A stretch of 64,000 nt of DNA from a virus: IMG/VR virus record IMGVR_UViG_3300032893_000006, positions 1-64,000 of that record; one strand, given 5' to 3'. The stretch's first letter is position 1; every line of letters begins with the position of its first letter. The position numbers and the translations under genes were made by a program. The notes under the pieces were generated by a model. That model did no database searches, was not told where the DNA came from, and saw nothing but the letters and a program-made list of their open reading frames with translations. Of this stretch, positions 8,745 through 17,785 are shown one piece after another.

Positions 8745-9523
8745 TGCCGATCCTCGAAAAAGAAAAAGTCATCTCTCCGGTGATTGCACCCCTACCGGAT
8801 GACGGGGCCATGTATAGCCTCTTGGGAGGAGTGGACTACGCTACGAACGCGGGGATTACGGTGGGAGCCGTGATGACAGGGGGGAACTTATCGGCAACGG
8901 TCCTCACTCTCAGCGATTTAACTCGCATGGTAGATCAGTTCCAGCAAACTATCTATACTTCGAGTGGCGCTCAGACAGCGCTTGGCCAGTCCCTCCACTA
9001 TCCAACAATCATCCCGAATTCTTTTGGGGCTCAGACTCAATATCAGGTGGATGGTTGGTACACCAGCATCGGGAGCCTATATGGGGCGATGCAGTACCAG
9101 ATCAACCAAGTGTCCAATGTCTGGACGAACATTGTCACAGCGGGTTTTGGCTGGTCCAGTTTTGCGACTCCTGAGGAGCTTGCAGTTCATCAGGAAAGAG
9201 AGGCCGCACGTGCTGCAAAGTTCGCCGCCGCCGAATCCCGCGCCGAGCAATTGATGCTCTCGCTTCTGATGCCGGATCAGGTACAACAGTACAAAGATCA
9301 CGGCTATTTTGAAACTCTGGTGGACGACCGTGTATACCGCATCAAAAAAGGCAGGGCCGGAAACGTTGAGTTGATTGTCAAGGGGAAGCCAGCGATGCGT
9401 TACTGTGCCCATCCACTCGACTGGACACCAGCGCCGGATGCAATGATCGCGCAATTTTTGATGTTGAAAACCAACGAGAAAAAGTTCATCGAAACAGCAA
9501 ACAAGACTCAACTGGCAGCTTAG
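8744..9523 (+). CDS. CxHP-motif protein, paralog of 23646-24413
   Basis: C-terminal domain Q..Y...GYF...YRIKKGR...YCAHPL...P..D...A....E..F. Confidence 0.7.
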   Translation: MPILEKEKVISPVIAPLPDDGAMYSLLGGVDYATNAGITVGAVMTGGNLSATVLTLSDLTRMVDQFQQTIYTSSGAQTALGQSLHYPTIIPNSFGAQTQYQVDGWYTSIGSLYGAMQYQINQVSNVWTNIVTAGFGWSSFATPEELAVHQEREAARAAKFAAAESRAEQLMLSLLMPDQVQQYKDHGYFETLVDDRVYRIKKGRAGNVELIVKGKPAMRYCAHPLDWTPAPDAMIAQFLMLKTNEKKFIETANKTQLAA

Positions 9524-9555
9524 CAAGCTATCAAGTCTAAAATCCGGGGGGAACA

Positions 9556-10155
9556 ATGCACATTCCAGATAGCATCCGCAACGCATTATTTGAGGAAGAT
9601 GCGACACCAGCCAAGCAGGCTCCTGTTGCCGCTCCACACCCAATGCAGGCCGTTCCGCAGTCGCCAATGGACTTAGCGGCACCAGTCGCTTCGGCAACTT
9701 CCGATCCTCACGACGGAGATGCATACCAGAAGGTTCTTGTCAGAACCGACTATACTAAAGCACCGCTGTTTGCTGTGTTTCAAAAGTATCTTGCGCCCAT
9801 GGCCGACATGCCGATGGACGACAAGACGAAATTCAGCATCGCTCTCAAACAGGCTCAGGCGCAGGAGGGTCTCGACGTCAATGCGCTTCTGAAGTTGTTT
9901 GATGACGCAACAGATGCTCTCCAAAAGGCGGTCGATGGATTTGCACAAGCGACGGCTCAGTTTGTCGATGAGCAGGTGACGGCGCGCAACAAGAAAGCGG
10001 CTGACCTTGAGGCCCAAGCTCATCAACTCAAGGAAGATGCTTTTGCCGCGCAACAGAAGAGCGATCAAGCGAAGCACAACTTCGACGTCGCAGTTGCGAA
10101 ACGCTCGAACGAGATCGCTTCCGAAAAGTCAAAATATGCCAGCTTGCTGGTTTAA
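9556..10155 (+). CDS. Coiled-coil protein of the ABC/OmpA cassette
   Basis: Ala/Gln/Lys-rich helical C-half; SD GGGGGA. Confidence 0.7.
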   Translation: MHIPDSIRNALFEEDATPAKQAPVAAPHPMQAVPQSPMDLAAPVASATSDPHDGDAYQKVLVRTDYTKAPLFAVFQKYLAPMADMPMDDKTKFSIALKQAQAQEGLDVNALLKLFDDATDALQKAVDGFAQATAQFVDEQVTARNKKAADLEAQAHQLKEDAFAAQQKSDQAKHNFDVAVAKRSNEIASEKSKYASLLV

Positions 10156-10166
10156 GGAGTCCACCA

Positions 10167-11222
10167 GTGTCCACCAATATGTCACTTCCAAGCTCTGCAG
10201 ATTTGAAGTCCTTCTGGTCCCGTCCCGAAGGGAAGGTCGCAATCGGCATCTACGCAGCGGCTATCGGCGCGGTCGTCTACTTTTGGGGGCTGATCGTTCC
10301 ATTCATTGTCTCGATGCTTGAAGACACGCTACACATGGTGTATCTCGCCGGGATACTCGGTGCGGTCGCATACCTCGTGTTCGGCAAGCGTCCGCAGTTG
10401 ATGTTTCGAGTGCTCGTCAGGAAACTTACCAGCTTGTTTGTTGCCGTCTATCCTGTTGAAATTACCGAAGACAAGTTGCAGCAGATGAAAAAAGGACGCG
10501 ATAAAATGAACGGACAAATTTCGCTAGTAAAAGGAAATATCGTTCAATTGCAGCGGGTAATGCAGCAGAACCATGCCGACGCCGTTAAGGGATTCGGTAT
10601 GGCGCAACAGGCGCAAAAAATGGCGGCAGCTACCCATGACGAGAATGAGCAGTTGCGAATGCAACTGGCCATGAAAAAGGCCGCTCGTCAAGCTCAACGC
10701 CGGGAACAATCAAACATCGGCTATGCCAGCCTGCTCGAAAGACTCCAGAAGGTCTATAATTTCCTGACACGGTATGCGACCAACATCGACTTTTTTATTG
10801 ACGACACGCAGGACCAGATCGATCAAAAGAAACTTGAGTATAAGACCACCATGGCGGCGTCCAGCGCGATGAAACAGGCAATGGCGGTCATCAAGGGTAA
10901 TGCCACAGAAGAGGATATGTACGATCAGGCATTCGATTACATCGAGCAAAGCGTCAGCACGCAGCTTGGCATCATGGACGACCTGCAGCGCATCTCGCAG
11001 AACTTCATGGATGGCATGGATGTGCAAACCGGCGCTGTCGACGATGCGGCTCTTCAGGCATTGAACGCATTTGAACAGAAGGCGCTCACCTCAGGCGACA
11101 AGAGCTTTGATCTTGTCATGAGTGATGCGAAACCAAAAGCCGTTCCAGTACCCATTCGGGCAACGGGAACAACGGGGGAACTCGGCGCGTCGTCATCTGA
11201 TTGGGACGACATGCTGAAGTAG
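10167..11222 (+). CDS. Membrane-anchored PspA/ESCRT-III-like coiled-coil protein
   Basis: Two N-terminal hydrophobic segments then a long helical hairpin-like region with an acidic C-tail. Confidence 0.55.
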   Translation: MSTNMSLPSSADLKSFWSRPEGKVAIGIYAAAIGAVVYFWGLIVPFIVSMLEDTLHMVYLAGILGAVAYLVFGKRPQLMFRVLVRKLTSLFVAVYPVEITEDKLQQMKKGRDKMNGQISLVKGNIVQLQRVMQQNHADAVKGFGMAQQAQKMAAATHDENEQLRMQLAMKKAARQAQRREQSNIGYASLLERLQKVYNFLTRYATNIDFFIDDTQDQIDQKKLEYKTTMAASSAMKQAMAVIKGNATEEDMYDQAFDYIEQSVSTQLGIMDDLQRISQNFMDGMDVQTGAVDDAALQALNAFEQKALTSGDKSFDLVMSDAKPKAVPVPIRATGTTGELGASSSDWDDMLK

Positions 11223-11243
11223 CAAGACACGGAGGGAAGAAAT

Positions 11244-13058
11244 ATGGCAGGTTTGAAGAAGGGGCCACGGGTCGTACTTGCGGCCTTGGCTGTAGTTGGA
11301 GTTATCTTTGGTCTCCGCACTGCAATGCAGAAGGGACTGATCCCTACACCGGGAATTATGAAGTCATTGGTTGCGGCGCGGGTGACGTTGCCGCCACAGC
11401 AAGATGCAGAAGTTGCGAATGTCGTGGCTCTTCCGTATCCATCGTCAAGTCCTGCGAGCGTCTCCGCAAACCACATTCAGTTCGATGTGTGGGAGTGGAA
11501 TGCTATGTTCTCGCTGATCTACGCAAACGGCGGCGCGAACACAACCAAGGGCTCTTTGATGGAGAAGAACAACGTCAATCTCACTCTGCATCGCGAAGAC
11601 TCAAACGAGCAGATGAAGGCCGATCTGCTCGCCTGCGCAAAGCAACTTCACGATGGTGCGCAAAATTGTACGACTGGAGCCGAAGCGATTGTTGTTATGG
11701 GCGACAGCGGTGGGCAGTGGCTTGCCGATCTTAATCCGCAGTTAAAGAAGCTCGACAAGTCAGGTGCGTATGACGCTGAGATTATCGGTGCGGTAGGCCG
11801 GTCGAACGGCGAAGATGCCCTGCTTGGCCCTGCTGAGTGGAAGACCAATCCACAGAGCATGAGGGGCAAGACCGTCGTCGGTGTGATTCGCGATGGCGAC
11901 TGGAACATCGCGCTCAATTACGAGGGCTCGAACGGGCTCAAGAACAATCCCGATTTGAAGACCTACGATCCGGATGCGGTCAACTGGATAGCCGCTCCTG
12001 ACGAAGACTACATCAAGGCCGTAACCGAGGTTTATGTTCCAAACCGCTGCGAAGAGCGGCAGGTGGTCAAAGACGGCAAGATGACCGGGGAGACAAAGAA
12101 CGTATGCCCGGACGGAGTAGTTACATGGACTCCGGGAGACGAGCAGGCCGTTCATGGACGTCCGGGAACAACAAAGATCATCTCGTCGCACGAATACGCG
12201 TCGCAGATGCCAGCAGTAATCCTCGGCATCAAGAAGTTTTTCAATGACAATCGCGACGAGATCAACGGCCTGCTTGCTGCGTCGTTTCAGGCTGCGGATC
12301 AGGTGAAAGCATTCGATGCCGTCCGTCAGGCTGCAGGCAAGATGTCGGCACAGCTTTACAACGACCAGACAGGCGACTACTGGTATCGCTATTACAAAGG
12401 CTTCACCGATCCGACAGGCGTGCCATTGGGTGGTTCTGCCGTTTTCAATCTCCAAGACGATATCAATTATTTCGGCCTAGACGGTCAGCATAACAACAAC
12501 ATGCGTGCGACCTATGAGACGTTTGGGAAGATCGCAACCATGAATTACCCGGCGCTTTTCAAGGACAACCCCATCCCGCCATATCGCGAAGCCGTCGATC
12601 CGTCATTTATCAGTGGAGCACAAGCGCTGTTAAGTTCGAGCGATGCAGGGGGAGCGAGCGCTGAGACAGTTGATTATTCTGCACAGGCTCAAAGCGGCGA
12701 GGTTCGCGGCCATAAGGCCGTTTACATCAACTTTGCGACCGGCTCAGACGTACCTCTGCCCGACAGCATTCCTGCCTTGAACGAACTAAAGGACGCGCTG
12801 GCAATCAATTCACAGCTTGCCATTAAACTCGATGGTTATACCGACAACACGGGATCGGATACAGTGAACGTACCGCTCAGCAAGGCGCGTGCCGAGGCAG
12901 TGAAGCACTTTTTCCAGCAAGCTGCGCCGATGAGCTTCCCTGACTCGCGGTTTGTTTCTGTTGACGGTCACGGCTCCGCCGATCCGATTGCGGCCAATAC
13001 TTCAGCAAGCGGTAAGGCTCTCAACCGGCGTGTGGAGATCACGCAAATCGGGCAATAA
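11244..13058 (+). CDS. ABC-type substrate-binding protein fused to a C-terminal OmpA-like peptidoglycan-binding domain
   Basis: N-terminal signal/TM; C-terminal INFATGS, DGYTDNTG, N..LS..RA.AV, GHG...P...N...NRRVEI. Confidence 0.85.
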   Translation: MAGLKKGPRVVLAALAVVGVIFGLRTAMQKGLIPTPGIMKSLVAARVTLPPQQDAEVANVVALPYPSSSPASVSANHIQFDVWEWNAMFSLIYANGGANTTKGSLMEKNNVNLTLHREDSNEQMKADLLACAKQLHDGAQNCTTGAEAIVVMGDSGGQWLADLNPQLKKLDKSGAYDAEIIGAVGRSNGEDALLGPAEWKTNPQSMRGKTVVGVIRDGDWNIALNYEGSNGLKNNPDLKTYDPDAVNWIAAPDEDYIKAVTEVYVPNRCEERQVVKDGKMTGETKNVCPDGVVTWTPGDEQAVHGRPGTTKIISSHEYASQMPAVILGIKKFFNDNRDEINGLLAASFQAADQVKAFDAVRQAAGKMSAQLYNDQTGDYWYRYYKGFTDPTGVPLGGSAVFNLQDDINYFGLDGQHNNNMRATYETFGKIATMNYPALFKDNPIPPYREAVDPSFISGAQALLSSSDAGGASAETVDYSAQAQSGEVRGHKAVYINFATGSDVPLPDSIPALNELKDALAINSQLAIKLDGYTDNTGSDTVNVPLSKARAEAVKHFFQQAAPMSFPDSRFVSVDGHGSADPIAANTSASGKALNRRVEITQIGQ

Positions 13059-13060
13059 CA

Positions 13061-13234
13061 ATAACGTGGCCTGAGGCTATTTACAGAATCTTCACGGAAA
13101 TCGGCGGCGCGTTATTACTCGCCGCCGTCCTACTTGCCTTCTTTACAAACTTCTGGGCCGACTTATTCAGGTTCCTAGATCGAAACAGAAAAACAGAGTT
13201 TATTCCAACCAAAGACACCGAGGACGAGGAATGA
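13061..13234 (+). CDS. Small membrane protein with no canonical start (ATA), not in the ORF track
   Basis: 57 open codons filling the gap exactly, hydrophobic GGALLLAAVLLAFF, ATGA overlap with the permease. Confidence 0.5.
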   Translation: MTWPEAIYRIFTEIGGALLLAAVLLAFFTNFWADLFRFLDRNRKTEFIPTKDTEDEE

Positions 13235-14007
13235 AGGAAGCGTTCACACCAAATGCCGTTCTCGACAAGTCGGCGATGCGGACTCTTATTGGCATCGAGG
13301 TCATAACGGCGATGATCCTCTGGTTTGTCAGTCCGTCGCCATTGCTGCCAAAGCCGGGAGAGGTATGGTCGTCGTTCGCCGACCTCTGGCAGCAGGGCCT
13401 CGGTGCGGAACTGATTACCAGTCTCGTGCTCAACCTCGAAGCCATTCTCGCGGCGACGGTGGTATCGCTGCTGTTGTCCTATGCGAGCGTGATACCTGTG
13501 TTTCAGCCGATAGTCAGATTCATCGGCAAGCTCAGGTTTCTGTCTCTGGTTGGCCTCACCTTCGTGTTCACTCTCATGACGAGCAGTGGCCACGAATTGA
13601 AGCTGTCGATTCTGGCTTTTTCGGTGACTGTGTTTTTTGTGACGTCGATGGAGGACGTACTGGGATCGATCCCGAAAGAGGTCTACGATCTGGCGCGCGT
13701 GCTGCACATGGGCAAGTGGCGGATGGTGTGGGAGGTTGTTGTGCTTGGCCAGTTCGACAAGGTCTTCGATGTCATCCGGCAGAACGCGGCGATGAGTTGG
13801 ATGATGCTTACTCTTGTTGAAGGCATCGTGCGGTCGGAAGGTGGTATTGGTGCCGTGCTGCTCGACCAGAACCATCACTTCCGCTTGTCGGCAGTGCTCG
13901 CAATCCAGTTGACGATCTTGATGCTTGGCGTTGCGCAGGACTACGCTTTTGGCTTCGCAAAGAAGTTCTGCTGCCCCTATGCGTTTCTCACCGTGGAGGC
14001 ACGATGA
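13231..14007 (+). CDS. ABC transporter permease (SsuC/TauC-like)
   Basis: About six hydrophobic segments, LPKPGEVW, EAA-like loop SIPKEVYDLARVLH. Confidence 0.85.
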   Translation: MKEAFTPNAVLDKSAMRTLIGIEVITAMILWFVSPSPLLPKPGEVWSSFADLWQQGLGAELITSLVLNLEAILAATVVSLLLSYASVIPVFQPIVRFIGKLRFLSLVGLTFVFTLMTSSGHELKLSILAFSVTVFFVTSMEDVLGSIPKEVYDLARVLHMGKWRMVWEVVVLGQFDKVFDVIRQNAAMSWMMLTLVEGIVRSEGGIGAVLLDQNHHFRLSAVLAIQLTILMLGVAQDYAFGFAKKFCCPYAFLTVEAR

Positions 14008-14834
14008 ACGTTCCCTACGTGTACAAAGACGTCATCCTGAAGCTCGACAACATCTGCCTTGAGTACGACGGCAGGCCGATCCTCAAGAACATGTCTGCCG
14101 AGATACGGGATATTTACATCCCCGGAAGGGTAACAGGGCAGATCGTCGCAATCTTGGGTCCGAGCGGTGTGGGCAAGACGCAAACCTTCAGGATCATGGC
14201 CGGTCTGCATCGTCCAAGCTCTGGACAGGTGTTGCTTACTGACGGCACCGGCTTCCATCCCGTGCGAGCAGGGCAGGTCGGAGTCGTTGCGCAGAACTAT
14301 CCGTTGTTCAATCACCGCTCGATTTTCGGGAACCTGATGATCCCGGCGCTCGCTCACCAGAAGGACTATGCGGCAGCGAAGGAAGCTGTTGCCGATGGGC
14401 TGGAGAAGTTTGGCCTCTCGGACAAGGCTACTCTCTATCCGGCTCAGCTATCGGGCGGTCAGCGCCAGCGCGTGGCGATCCTGCAGATGTTGCTTTGTCA
14501 AGAGCAAGTTATTCTCATGGACGAACCATTTTCTGGTCTCGATCTGGTGATGCTTGAAAAGACGTGCGAGACGATCTCGGACGCGGCAAATCTTTCCGAA
14601 TTGAACACCATCGTGATTGTCACCCACGACGTCACGGCTGCTGTATCGATTGCAGATCATATTTGGCTCTTGGGCAGGGACCGCGCCGTCGATGGGAGCA
14701 TTATTCCCGGCGCTCGCATCGTCGAGACATACGACCTGTTAGCGCGCGGTTTGTGCTATGAAAAAGGCGCAATTACAAATCCACGTTTCATGGAAACGGT
14801 GCGCGAAATCAAAGACAAATTCCGGAATCTATAG
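14004..14834 (+). CDS. ABC transporter ATP-binding protein (SsuB/TauB-like)
   Basis: GPSGVGKT, Q-loop, LSGGQRQR, ILMDEPF, VTHD. Confidence 0.95.
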   Translation: MNVPYVYKDVILKLDNICLEYDGRPILKNMSAEIRDIYIPGRVTGQIVAILGPSGVGKTQTFRIMAGLHRPSSGQVLLTDGTGFHPVRAGQVGVVAQNYPLFNHRSIFGNLMIPALAHQKDYAAAKEAVADGLEKFGLSDKATLYPAQLSGGQRQRVAILQMLLCQEQVILMDEPFSGLDLVMLEKTCETISDAANLSELNTIVIVTHDVTAAVSIADHIWLLGRDRAVDGSIIPGARIVETYDLLARGLCYEKGAITNPRFMETVREIKDKFRNL

Positions 14835-14842
14835 GAGGCATT

Positions 14843-15223
14843 ATGGATGCATCGCAAGTAGCGGACAAAGCCATTACCGAACTGATGCAGCGCATTGATG
14901 GTTTAGCGATGAAACTGGGCACTACGGCAAACCACGTGTTCGATATCTATGTTGCACAAGCACGAGTTGAGGCGACTCGCGACGCAATGGTTTCTATCTT
15001 CTTCTTCATTGTGGGAATGGTGGCTGCAATAAGGGCACATTCCATCTACAAAAAAAGAGTTGAAGACGATGAGTTACCGGTTTTATTTGAATGCTTTATC
15101 TTTGTCGCGATTATCTCCTTCGTATTTACATTATTAAATGCCTACGCATCATTCGGCGAAGCGCTCAACCCGCAATATTGGGCATTGCATCAACTGGGAA
15201 CTGATATAAAATCTCTTTTCTAA
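14843..15223 (+). CDS. Two-TM hypothetical membrane protein
   Basis: Two hydrophobic segments; SD AGGAGG. Confidence 0.65.
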   Translation: MDASQVADKAITELMQRIDGLAMKLGTTANHVFDIYVAQARVEATRDAMVSIFFFIVGMVAAIRAHSIYKKRVEDDELPVLFECFIFVAIISFVFTLLNAYASFGEALNPQYWALHQLGTDIKSLF

Positions 15224-15278
15224 AAAGGAGGTCGCGGTAGACAAAGCAAGGAGAGATCAAGGAAATGGTTCGTACGCT

Positions 15279-15866
15279 ATGAGCTTGCCGTGTGCAACAT
15301 GTCATGCAGACTGTTGTGGTCCGGTTGTACTGACCAAGTTCAGACTGCAACGCATCAATGATTATCTTCGGTCTAAGCCGCGAGAGGAACTGGAAAGGCT
15401 AGCGGCCCAGAAGCGGGATTGGGTGACCTGCAAGTTCGTAGATACGCAAGATTTTTCATGCTCTGTGTATCCAGTAAGGCCACGGCAATGCGAACTGTAT
15501 GGACGTGTTGCCGGAATGAGGTGTCCTCATGTAAATGGGTTGGTAAACATCGTAACTCAATCTACCGCAGACCTGTGGATGGCGCTTGAGCTAGAAAGTG
15601 AAGTTGTTGGGTTGTCAAACGAATACAAATGGAGGGAAATCATGGGCGGAAATCAATACACCGTAGCAGAAGATACTGGGTCCAAGTTGGAACAGCCGGG
15701 ACCAACGCCACAACAGGTCGAGCTTCTTGTATGTAAGTGCGGAGACTGCACGCACTGGGAGATCGGCCATAACTTCATTATGTGCCGCACATGCGGCGAT
15801 AGCTTTAGCGCTGAGATAACGGTGCCTGACCACGATAAGCTTATCTGGCAGATACATCAGCGCTAA
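15279..15866 (+). CDS. YkgJ-like cysteine-cluster protein with a Zn-ribbon C-terminal part
   Basis: CATCHADCC, CKF, CSVY..RP.QC..Y; C-terminal CKC and CRTC. Confidence 0.6.
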   Translation: MSLPCATCHADCCGPVVLTKFRLQRINDYLRSKPREELERLAAQKRDWVTCKFVDTQDFSCSVYPVRPRQCELYGRVAGMRCPHVNGLVNIVTQSTADLWMALELESEVVGLSNEYKWREIMGGNQYTVAEDTGSKLEQPGPTPQQVELLVCKCGDCTHWEIGHNFIMCRTCGDSFSAEITVPDHDKLIWQIHQR

Positions 15867-15982
15867 ACAAGCTTCCCCGCAATGGGAAGGCGCGGGTCTT
15901 TAGAGATGGCCCGGGGAGGGGCCGAAAATGAAATTCTTGAACAAGGGACCCGCACACAATATTGAATCTAGGAAGCACGGCT

Positions 15983-16096
15983 ATGAGAATCGTCGCCATA
16001 ATGTTATCGATTGTGTTTGCGGTCACATCTGTATTAGCGATTGTATACGCTATTCGCCATCGGTCCGATAAAGACGGTGGTGGAAACGTGTTTTAA
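15983..16096 (+). CDS. 37-aa single-TM peptide
   Basis: MRIVAIMLSIVFAVTSVLAIVYAIRHR...; below the ORF-track length cutoff. Confidence 0.45.
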   Translation: MRIVAIMLSIVFAVTSVLAIVYAIRHRSDKDGGGNVF

Positions 16097-16111
16097 CGAA
16101 AGAGGTGGCAG

Positions 16112-16744
16112 ATGTTCGTCAGTGAGTTTCGTAAAGTTGGAGACTTGAAGCTCCCTCCGTACAGTGGAACTCGGGTTATGATGCTTCCAATCGTAATAGG
16201 TGACTGCGCCAGTATCCCAGACTTTTTATCCCATTACAGATGGACAGCATGGCGACTGGCTCACATGGCTGATCCTGAACATCTCGGCAAGGTCGGCTAT
16301 CTCACCATAGATGAAAAACATGTACTTGCTGGCACGACGCACAGGCGCGCAGGGATGCATGTTGATGGTGGCAAAGACAGAGGGTGGGGCGGCGGAGGCT
16401 GGGCAGGAAAAGACACTGGAATGTTGACTATCTCGTCTCATGTTGGATGCCGTGCTTGGGCTCAGACATTCGATGGAGAAGTTGGTGATGAGGGCGACTG
16501 CGAGGGCTTATTCGATGAGCTTCAATCGAGCGGAACTCTGCTCGCACCGGGCACTGTCTACTGGCTTGGAGGTCTGTGTGTTCACGAGTCTCTTGCTCAG
16601 CCCAGTGATGTGAAACGCCAGTTTGTTCGTCTCTCTCTACCATCAGAAGCGCCATGGTATGAAGGCTACACAGAGAATCCCTTGGGCGTTCTCCCAACAG
16701 GCCAAATTCTTCCGCGACGCAAATTTATGGACGAAGGTGCATGA
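16112..16744 (+). CDS. Fe(II)/2-oxoglutarate oxygenase-like protein
   Basis: MHVDG (HxD), VHES (distal His), RQFVRL. Confidence 0.55.
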   Translation: MFVSEFRKVGDLKLPPYSGTRVMMLPIVIGDCASIPDFLSHYRWTAWRLAHMADPEHLGKVGYLTIDEKHVLAGTTHRRAGMHVDGGKDRGWGGGGWAGKDTGMLTISSHVGCRAWAQTFDGEVGDEGDCEGLFDELQSSGTLLAPGTVYWLGGLCVHESLAQPSDVKRQFVRLSLPSEAPWYEGYTENPLGVLPTGQILPRRKFMDEGA

Positions 16745-17775
16745 GCGAACTGCAACTTATCTACGAACGCTTGGATCAGGCGTGCTGCCCAGAGGAAGTC
16801 TTCGGCGACGCGGCTGATATTTCTGCGAACTTTAAGCTACTTGCCCGTGCGTGCCATCCAGACTTTCACCCCGGTGATCCGTTAGCGAAGAAAGCGTTTC
16901 AAAAGCTCAATTCATTGAAAGTGGTCGCCGAGGAAAGGGTGAAGGCTGGCGAGTGGGGAAAGAAAATTCCCTTGCCGCACTGCACGCCGGTAAAGATCGG
17001 TGCATACGATGTCAACCGCGATCCGCAGATTGGAGACATTGCCGATGTATATCGCGTGCGCGGCGCGGATGCATACGTTAAAGTGGCGCGGAGTCACAAT
17101 GACAATGATTTGATCCGTGCTGAAGCTGAGGCGCTGAAGGTGCTTGAAGGTGTAAAGCCACCTATATGCGAAGGGATTCCAAAACTACGCTCAACCTTCC
17201 AGATTGACGGTCTGCGAAAGAGAGAAGTCAATGTAATCCTCGGATTTCCGGATTTTATTTCGCTTCTCAATGTACGCGGCAAAATGGACGTTGACGCTCG
17301 CACGTCGGTATGGATATTTAAGCGACTTCTTTCTGTTCTTAGTTGGGTACATCACTTTAAGATGATTCACGGGGCAATTCTCCCGCCGCACGTTCTCGTC
17401 TATCCAGACAACGACGGGAGGTCCGGATTTGATCCACGCAAACACACAGTGAGAGTGATCGACTGGTGTTATAGCGTGGATTACAAAAAACGCACGCGGC
17501 TTTCGGCGTGGGTTCCGGCGTGGAAAGATCATTATGCTCCGGAGCTACTCAATAAGACCGGCATCGGTCCATCGTCAGATATTTACATGGCGGCAAAGCT
17601 CATCCGCTATCTGTGCGGTAAATTGCCGCCTGCGATGGAAACAGTTCTCAACCGTTGCCTAGACCCCAATCCAAAGAAACGCTACCAGAAGGCTGGACAC
17701 GTTTTCGATGATTGGATGAAGGCGGCTGTGATGGAGTTCGGCTCTCCAAAATGGCATGAGTTCAACTTGCCGTGA
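16741..17775 (+). CDS. J-domain (HPD) fused to an atypical protein-kinase-like domain
   Basis: LARACHPD; YVKVAR, AEAEAL, HGAILPPHV, VIDW. Confidence 0.8.
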   Translation: MSELQLIYERLDQACCPEEVFGDAADISANFKLLARACHPDFHPGDPLAKKAFQKLNSLKVVAEERVKAGEWGKKIPLPHCTPVKIGAYDVNRDPQIGDIADVYRVRGADAYVKVARSHNDNDLIRAEAEALKVLEGVKPPICEGIPKLRSTFQIDGLRKREVNVILGFPDFISLLNVRGKMDVDARTSVWIFKRLLSVLSWVHHFKMIHGAILPPHVLVYPDNDGRSGFDPRKHTVRVIDWCYSVDYKKRTRLSAWVPAWKDHYAPELLNKTGIGPSSDIYMAAKLIRYLCGKLPPAMETVLNRCLDPNPKKRYQKAGHVFDDWMKAAVMEFGSPKWHEFNLP

Positions 17776-17785
17776 GCGAGGAATA

